Virus record (IMG/VR): IMGVR_UViG_3300041809_001460 | Origin: an uncultured virus (IMG/VR IMGVR_UViG_3300041809_001460) | Taxonomy: Duplodnaviria > Heunggongvirae > Uroviricota > Caudoviricetes | Direction: 5' to 3' (one strand) | DNA: 20,000 nucleotides | Part shown: positions 14,648 to 20,000 of the stretch, one piece after another | Layout of the letters: every line of letters begins with the position of its first letter | Numbering within the stretch: position 1 is the first letter of the stretch | Made by a program: the position numbers and the translations under genes | The notes under the pieces: generated by a model | The model's input: the letters and a program-made list of their open reading frames with translations, nothing else | Databases searched by the model: none | Told to the model about the DNA's origin: nothing

Positions 14648-14974
14648 ATGAAAACTAGAGTCTACATCGCCGGTCCTTATACGAAGGGAGATGCAGCGGT
14701 TAACGTGAGGAACGCATTTGAGGCGGCAACCCGTTTGGCGGACCTGGGATTTGCTCCGTATGTTCCGCACACCACGCATTTCTGGCACATGATGTTTCCA
14801 CACCCGTATGAATTTTGGCTTGCCTTGGATGATGAATTCTTGTCGGTATGCGATGTGCTTCTGCGGCTTCCGGGAGAGTCGAACGGCGCTGACAAAGAGG
14901 TTGAAACCGCTTTCCAACGTGGGATTCCTGTCTACCGTAGTATCGAAGAATTGATTGGGCATTTTACTTTATGA
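14648..14974 (+). CDS. DUF4406 / nucleoside 2-deoxyribosyltransferase-like protein
   Basis: VYIAGPYT, L...GF.PY.PH, CDVLLRLPGESNGADKE...A...GIPV. Confidence 0.8.
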   Translation: MKTRVYIAGPYTKGDAAVNVRNAFEAATRLADLGFAPYVPHTTHFWHMMFPHPYEFWLALDDEFLSVCDVLLRLPGESNGADKEVETAFQRGIPVYRSIEELIGHFTL

Positions 14975-14984
14975 GGAGAACGAT

Positions 14985-15188
14985 ATGGATTGTAAAGACT
15001 GTAAGTGGGCTGCGAGAGCCAAGAGAGCGCCGGATTATCTGCGCTGCCATCTGAACCCTCCGCAGCTCGTGAGCATCAAGAACGTTGAGGGGAACCGCAA
15101 GGTGACGGGATTCTTCCCCATTGTCAACGAAGGAGACTTCTGCTCCTATTGGGAGGCACGACCCGATGCGCCTGCTGCTAACTTCTGA
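14985..15188 (+). CDS. Small Cys-rich phage protein
   Basis: CKDC...CHLNPP...FPIV...DFCSYW; GAGGAG SD. Confidence 0.75.
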   Translation: MDCKDCKWAARAKRAPDYLRCHLNPPQLVSIKNVEGNRKVTGFFPIVNEGDFCSYWEARPDAPAANF

Positions 15189-18009
15189 TTGGCAGGCCGA
15201 CTTCAGCAATTTGCAGGAGTGCGAGACCTCACTGGAAGAGCTGCTTGAGGCCGCAGCCAGGTACAAGCCTGCGGCGATCATTCACTGCGGCGACCTGAAG
15301 GAAGCCTATTCGCCGATCGACACCGAGGTGGTGAAGTTCTGCGTTCGAGCAGTGCGGCGCGTCTGCGAGGCCGGATACCGCTTCATTATTCTGCTCGGGA
15401 ACCATGACCGGGTAAGCCAGTCGGCTGAGTCGAAGGACTGGCTGGATGTGATGCAGGCGGCTGGGGCCGAGGTCGTTACCCGCCCCGCGGTCAAAAAGGT
15501 GGGGAATTTGGTTCTGGCGTGTCTTCCCTACATGGCGCTAGGCCAAGACACCATCCGGGCTGCGCAGGCTCTTCTACGGTCAACCCAGAGGGCCCCAGGG
15601 GCCAAAATTCTGCTATTCCACACGGAATTGGCGGGTTCTGAGCTGAATTCAGCTGGCCGGGTAGGGGTCGGCCCAACGGCCGAGGAGCTGGGATTCAGCC
15701 AGTACACAGCCTGCTTCGGCGGCCATATCCACAAGCACCAGAAAATAGACCAAAACGGCTGGTATGTCGGAGCACCGTTTTGCCAGGATTGGGGCGACGC
15801 CAACTCCAGCCGCGGGCATCTGCTGGTGGAGGTATTCGATGACGCGAGAAAGTGGGTTAAGGTCACGCAGCTGCGGACCAAGATTCCGCATTGGTATGAC
15901 GTGGAGTACCTCGAGAAGAACGGAATCATTCCCGAGCCTGGAGCCTATGTCCGCTCGCGAGTGAATGTGACCAGCCGCAAGATCACCGATCAGATGCGTG
16001 AGGAAGAAGAGCGGATCAGGAAAGCCTACGGTGATGTGCGGATTCATACCGTGCCTGAGCTGGTGGATGATGCGCCAGCGGAGATGGTGCTCAAGGGAGC
16101 TACCGATCGAGAGAAGATTGAGCAGTACGTGGCCGCGACCATTACCGAGCAGCATCGCTTCGAGCCGATGCAGGCTGTGAGTTATATGACTGCGAGGCTG
16201 GCCGGGACCAAGGAGGCTGCGCAGGGTGGCGAGCTGTATTTCAACCGTGTTGAGGCTGACAATGTTTTGGTATTCGAGCATGTGGCGATGCGCCTTGCGA
16301 AGCTTGGCCTCGTGCTGATTCGTGGTGAGAATCAGGATTGGCCTGGAAGATCAAACGGCACCGGCAAGAGTTCGCTGCTGAGTCTGACGCCGATCGCCAT
16401 GTTTGGGACCGTACCGAATAAAAAGCAGCGCTCCGACGCCTGGGCCTACGAACGCAACGAGGATCAGGCCTCGGTGAAGCTGACGTTGATGGACGCTGCC
16501 AAGCGCAAGATCGAAATCAGCCGCGGCCGCCGCCCCCACTTTATCTCCCTGCGTATCGATGGCGAGGACAAGTCGGCCGGGATCAGGGGCCTGGGCAAGA
16601 ATGAGACCCAAGGGCTGATCGAGCGCGCCACCGGCTACGACATACAGATGCTGATGAACGCCGTGTACATCGACCAGGCCGTGGCCAACGGTTTTGTATT
16701 CGGCACACCCGCCGGTCGCATGGACCTGATCGCGCGGTTCCAGAACCTCGAGCGCTTCGAGGAAGGACTGAAGCGCGTGAATGAGGATTACAAGAAGTGG
16801 GAGATGCGAGCTGCTTTGTTCTCAAACGAGATTGAGACCTTCGAGAGTGAGATCGCCAATCTTCAAGCTGAGCTGAAGGAGCTGGCAGAGCAGGCTGAGT
16901 CGGACTGGGCTGAGCAACTGCGGCATGAGCAATCGAATCTGGACAACCTGATCGAAGAGCACGCGGCTATAGCTGGTGTAGCTATTACCTATGAGGAGCT
17001 GCAGCGATCGCTCGACGATCTGGAAAAGGACCGGGAAAACATCAATAACGAAATTACGCTAGCCTCCCGGCAGGCTGGGATTATGGGAGACCGTCTGGGG
17101 CGTGGGCGCAAGCTGATTGAGTCGGGGAAGTGCCCGACGTGCCTGCAGCCGTCGACCGGAGCCGGAGAGAAGATTGTAGCCCAGGCCGAGAGGCAGCTGC
17201 TCGAGGCGCAGGATCAAGAGGAAAAGCGGAAGCGCGACCGCGATCTGGTGAAGGATCGCATCGATGCCGCAAGGAAGAAATTGACCGCCTACAACACGAG
17301 GAGGGACGATCTCAATGCCCAGATCAAGCGTGCTCGTGAGCGCCTGGGAGACCTTGAGAAGGCCGCTGCCGATGAAGCTGAGAGAAACGCTGGCCGCGAA
17401 GCTAAGATTCGACGCAAGAGCCTTCAGCTAGGGTTGCAGAAGCGTTATCGAAGAGCGGCGATCGCAGCGCGGCAGGAGATGAGCGTCGGAGTGGAGATGC
17501 TGGAATACGTGAAGAAAGCCTTCCAGCGCAGCGGCATTCCGCTTTATCTTTCTGTGTCTCTGTGTCCGCTGCTCAACAAGGCCGCCGAGGAGTATAGCGA
17601 AATCTTTACCGACGGCAATCTCAAGGTAAGTTTTCGTGTCGAGGACGGTGAATTTGCTGTGGATGTGGTGAACCCGGTTGGGTCATCGACCGTGGAGGGA
17701 CAGAGCGAGGGAGAATCGGCCATGGCGGGACTCATCGCGGCTTTTGCTTTGCGCGAGGCCGCGCCGAAGACCAACATGCTGATCCTGGATGAGCCTGGAA
17801 CGAAGCTGGACCCTGAGGGGTGCAAGCAGTTTGCGCGTGGAATTCTACGGCTCAAGGACCACTTCGAGACTATTCTGCTGGTCACGCACAGCCCCTACAT
17901 TTCGTCGCTGCTTTCCGGTGAGACGGTCTATACTGTGAAAAAGAGAAACGGACGTAGCCGTTTGTTTCTATCATCAAGCAGGGAGAGTGTGAGAAATGAG
18001 CAAGGTTAA
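15166..18009 (+). CDS. Fused SbcD(Mre11)-like nuclease and SbcC(Rad50)-like ABC ATPase
   Basis: Phosphoesterase motifs SDWQ, GDL, GNHD, FH, GHIH. ATPase motifs NGTGKSS, YIDQ, coiled coil with CPTC hook, QSEGE signature, LILDE, KLD, VTH. No stop between the halves; GGGAGG SD before ATG 15166. Confidence 0.92.
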   Translation: MRLLLTSDWQADFSNLQECETSLEELLEAAARYKPAAIIHCGDLKEAYSPIDTEVVKFCVRAVRRVCEAGYRFIILLGNHDRVSQSAESKDWLDVMQAAGAEVVTRPAVKKVGNLVLACLPYMALGQDTIRAAQALLRSTQRAPGAKILLFHTELAGSELNSAGRVGVGPTAEELGFSQYTACFGGHIHKHQKIDQNGWYVGAPFCQDWGDANSSRGHLLVEVFDDARKWVKVTQLRTKIPHWYDVEYLEKNGIIPEPGAYVRSRVNVTSRKITDQMREEEERIRKAYGDVRIHTVPELVDDAPAEMVLKGATDREKIEQYVAATITEQHRFEPMQAVSYMTARLAGTKEAAQGGELYFNRVEADNVLVFEHVAMRLAKLGLVLIRGENQDWPGRSNGTGKSSLLSLTPIAMFGTVPNKKQRSDAWAYERNEDQASVKLTLMDAAKRKIEISRGRRPHFISLRIDGEDKSAGIRGLGKNETQGLIERATGYDIQMLMNAVYIDQAVANGFVFGTPAGRMDLIARFQNLERFEEGLKRVNEDYKKWEMRAALFSNEIETFESEIANLQAELKELAEQAESDWAEQLRHEQSNLDNLIEEHAAIAGVAITYEELQRSLDDLEKDRENINNEITLASRQAGIMGDRLGRGRKLIESGKCPTCLQPSTGAGEKIVAQAERQLLEAQDQEEKRKRDRDLVKDRIDAARKKLTAYNTRRDDLNAQIKRARERLGDLEKAAADEAERNAGREAKIRRKSLQLGLQKRYRRAAIAARQEMSVGVEMLEYVKKAFQRSGIPLYLSVSLCPLLNKAAEEYSEIFTDGNLKVSFRVEDGEFAVDVVNPVGSSTVEGQSEGESAMAGLIAAFALREAAPKTNMLILDEPGTKLDPEGCKQFARGILRLKDHFETILLVTHSPYISSLLSGETVYTVKKRNGRSRLFLSSSRESVRNEQG
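17951..17974 (+). promoter_or_regulatory. Phage-type promoter motif copy 5: GACG-N10-TTTC-TATCAT upstream of the cold-shock gene
   Basis: GACG 17951-17954, TTTC 17965-17968, TATCAT 17969-17974; AGGGAG SD and ATG 17996 follow. Confidence 0.5.
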
Positions 18010-18232
18010 CGACAGCCAAAGAGTACGCGGCAAGGTGAAGTGGTTCAACGCCGCCAAGGGTTTCGGATTCATTGGCCCCGACGACGGCAGCGAGGATGTG
18101 TTTGTTCACTACTCAGCCATCAGCGGTGAGGGGTTCAAGTCCCTTAACGAGCATGACGAGGTGGAGTACGCTACGCAGCCTTCCAAGAGCAAACCAGGCA
18201 AGTTCGAGGCGCTGGACGTCGTGAAGGTGTAA
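17996..18232 (+). CDS. Cold-shock domain protein (CspA family)
   Basis: [15 protein letters not shown] (RNP1), DVFVHYSAI (RNP2), GFKSL.E...VEY. Confidence 0.95.
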   Translation: MSKVNDSQRVRGKVKWFNAAKGFGFIGPDDGSEDVFVHYSAISGEGFKSLNEHDEVEYATQPSKSKPGKFEALDVVKV

Positions 18233-18234
18233 CT

Positions 18235-18675
18235 ATGCGAATCGCGATTGTGGGGGCCAAGGAGCGGGACACCGAGGAGGATCGACAGCTCGTAGCCGCC
18301 TTGATGGACAAGATAACCGCTGAGGCCCCTTATACAGTTTTTGTAGCGATGATGACGCACACCGGCGTCGGGCGCTTTGTGAAGGACAAAGCGCTATGCA
18401 AGGACGCTGATGGCCGCTATGGGCACCGCATGGTCGAGTGTTCGGTGCGCGTCTTTGCCAAGGGAATGTCGAAATCCGAGCTGGTCGAACTTTATCTGGC
18501 GCGGAACGCGACACCGTTCGAGCTTTCCGACATGCTGATCTATTTGGCGTCGGAGGACCGACGCGGGACCTGTGAGGAGCTGCTGGAGCGCTTTGAAAAG
18601 GCCAATCGGCCGGTGCTGGTGATGCACCCAGGCGATCCGGTTCCCGAACATATTTTGGAAGGAGTGGGGGTGTAA
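18235..18675 (+). CDS. Possible SLOG-superfamily (Rossmann-like) protein
   Basis: MRIAIVG..., YLARN....ELSDMLI...RGT....F.KA.RPVLV resembles the SLOG 'RN....SD..I....S.GT....A...PV' pattern. Confidence 0.5.
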   Translation: MRIAIVGAKERDTEEDRQLVAALMDKITAEAPYTVFVAMMTHTGVGRFVKDKALCKDADGRYGHRMVECSVRVFAKGMSKSELVELYLARNATPFELSDMLIYLASEDRRGTCEELLERFEKANRPVLVMHPGDPVPEHILEGVGV

Positions 18676-18676
18676 T

Positions 18677-18901
18677 ATGGCTGATCGAGCCCTTCCCGTA
18701 AAGTGTGGAACGCCCGGGTGCGACTGCAAAGGGCCGTTCTACGTTCACAACAAATGTCACCTAGACGCGCCTTCGTGGCCTGTAATTTCCGGCGACTTGC
18801 TGATCCTGCGCTGCGCTGAATGTGGCCAAGTGACAGACGGATTCAGGGTGACCGGCATCGCCCCGTATGCGGAGGCGAAAGCCTGTCTCAACGTTCAGTG
18901 A
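18677..18901 (+). CDS. Small Cys/His-rich putative Zn-binding protein
   Basis: CGTPGCDC...HNKCH...CAEC. Confidence 0.65.
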   Translation: MADRALPVKCGTPGCDCKGPFYVHNKCHLDAPSWPVISGDLLILRCAECGQVTDGFRVTGIAPYAEAKACLNVQ

Positions 18902-18908
18902 GGGAACG

Positions 18909-19643
18909 ATGATCGCTGTATGCTCGATAGGGTGTGGGCGCAAAGCGTTCGAGGGCTTCCCCTCCTGGCCGGGGTTGTTTGCTTTGGATGGCGACTATTC
19001 ACTCTACTTCAACTATGAGATGGCTGGAGATGGCGCCAGCGACTTCGATCCAGTTACCAATCCGATTGCTATGAAAGTAGAGCACTACGCCGAGGGAAGC
19101 AGTGTACCTTGGTCGCTGGACCTGTGGCGCTGGGGAACTGTGGCTGGGAAACTATGGAGGGCGCAGCCGCAGTACGACCAGGATCAAGCACGGCTGGCCC
19201 CTATCGCGGTCGCCCGCAATATGTGCCGCACCTTCGCCCACGCAACCGGAGCCTCGCATCTGCTATTCATTGACGCCGACGTGATCCCACCCAGCGATGT
19301 GATTCCGAAGCTGCTGGCGATGGATCACTGTCTGGTAGGAGGAGTGGTCCCGGGCCGCGGCTGCCATAGCAAATGCCAGTACATTTTCGGTGAGCAGAGG
19401 CGATTCGACCATAACGGAATACAGGTTATTGAGGTTGACCACGGAACCTGTGGCTGCATGATGATCGAGCGCCGCATATTCAACGACATCACCTTCCGCT
19501 ACAGCAACGACGATGGGCTGTCCGAGGACCCGGCTTTCACTCACGACGTTAAAAGAGTCTTCGGGGAGAATATGTGGCTGCGCGAGGATGTGGTCTGTAC
19601 GCATGTAGGCGACTTGAAAGAGAACGAGGCCAGTGGCTGGTGA
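18909..19643 (+). CDS. GT-A fold (GT2-like) glycosyltransferase
   Basis: IAVARN, HLLFIDADV (DxD), GCMMIERRIF, SEDPAF, VVCTH; GAGGGA SD before ATG 18909. Confidence 0.8.
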   Translation: MIAVCSIGCGRKAFEGFPSWPGLFALDGDYSLYFNYEMAGDGASDFDPVTNPIAMKVEHYAEGSSVPWSLDLWRWGTVAGKLWRAQPQYDQDQARLAPIAVARNMCRTFAHATGASHLLFIDADVIPPSDVIPKLLAMDHCLVGGVVPGRGCHSKCQYIFGEQRRFDHNGIQVIEVDHGTCGCMMIERRIFNDITFRYSNDDGLSEDPAFTHDVKRVFGENMWLREDVVCTHVGDLKENEASGW

Positions 19644-20000
19644 AGCCTTTAGCCGTCTGCGCCATCTTCCGTGACGAAGCCCGCTACCTACGGGAGTGGA
19701 TCGAGTTTCATCGCCTGGTGGGAGCTGAGAAGTTTTATCTCTACCAGAACCGTTCCGTAGACAATTGGCGTGAAGTGCTCGAGCCATACATGGCTGAGGG
19801 CATCGTGGACGTAACCGACTGGCCATATCGGATGGATGGGTGCTACGCCGCTACAGCACAGGTGGCCGCCTACAAGCACTGCTGCGACCGTCTACGGGGA
19901 TCGCATCAGTGGATCGCTTTCATCGACGTCGATGAGTTTTTGTTTTCTCCATTATTCAACACCGTGACCGAGGCTCTGGACACCTTGCCGCCAACCTGGG
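19640..20000 (+). CDS. Glycosyltransferase, GT92/DUF23-like (3'-truncated by window end)
   Basis: Not in the ORF track. GTG 19640 (GTGA overlap) reads MKPLAVCAIFRDEARYLREWIEFHRLVGAEKFYLYQNRSVD...QVAAYKHC...WIAFIDVDEFLF. Confidence 0.85.
   Translation, partial: MKPLAVCAIFRDEARYLREWIEFHRLVGAEKFYLYQNRSVDNWREVLEPYMAEGIVDVTDWPYRMDGCYAATAQVAAYKHCCDRLRGSHQWIAFIDVDEFLFSPLFNTVTEALDTLPPTW

Overview
GC-rich, almost entirely plus-strand, tightly packed DNA replication/recombination/transcription region of a large tailed bacteriophage (or prophage). No structural, tRNA, CRISPR or IS features are visible. Gene order: small HTH, T5/FEN-type 5'-3' exonuclease, two small ORFs, a sigma-70-like protein fused to a Cys cluster and a histone-H1-like tail, SPPY-type DNA methyltransferase, divergent beta-clamp-like protein, family-A DNA polymerase with an N-terminal family-4 UDG-like domain, NADAR, UvsY-like protein, gp32-like SSB with a long charge-blocked tail, RecA, DnaX-like clamp loader, DUF4406/NDT-like protein, single-chain SbcD-SbcC (Mre11-Rad50) fusion, cold-shock protein, SLOG-like protein and two glycosyltransferases (the last truncated). 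The most striking unannotated signal is a non-canonical promoter-like motif, GACG-N10-TTT(A/C)-TAnn(A/G)T, found five times with identical spacing. Three copies lie 5-6 nt before start codons lacking a well-placed SD, and one lies inside the sigma-like gene upstream of an internal RBS/ATG for the histone-like half. This suggests a phage-specific transcription system built around the sigma/Zn/H1 fusion. A hidden 37-aa antisense ORF with its own leaderless sigma70-type promoter occupies the gap behind the clamp gene. All family assignments come from motif recognition by eye, without database searches.
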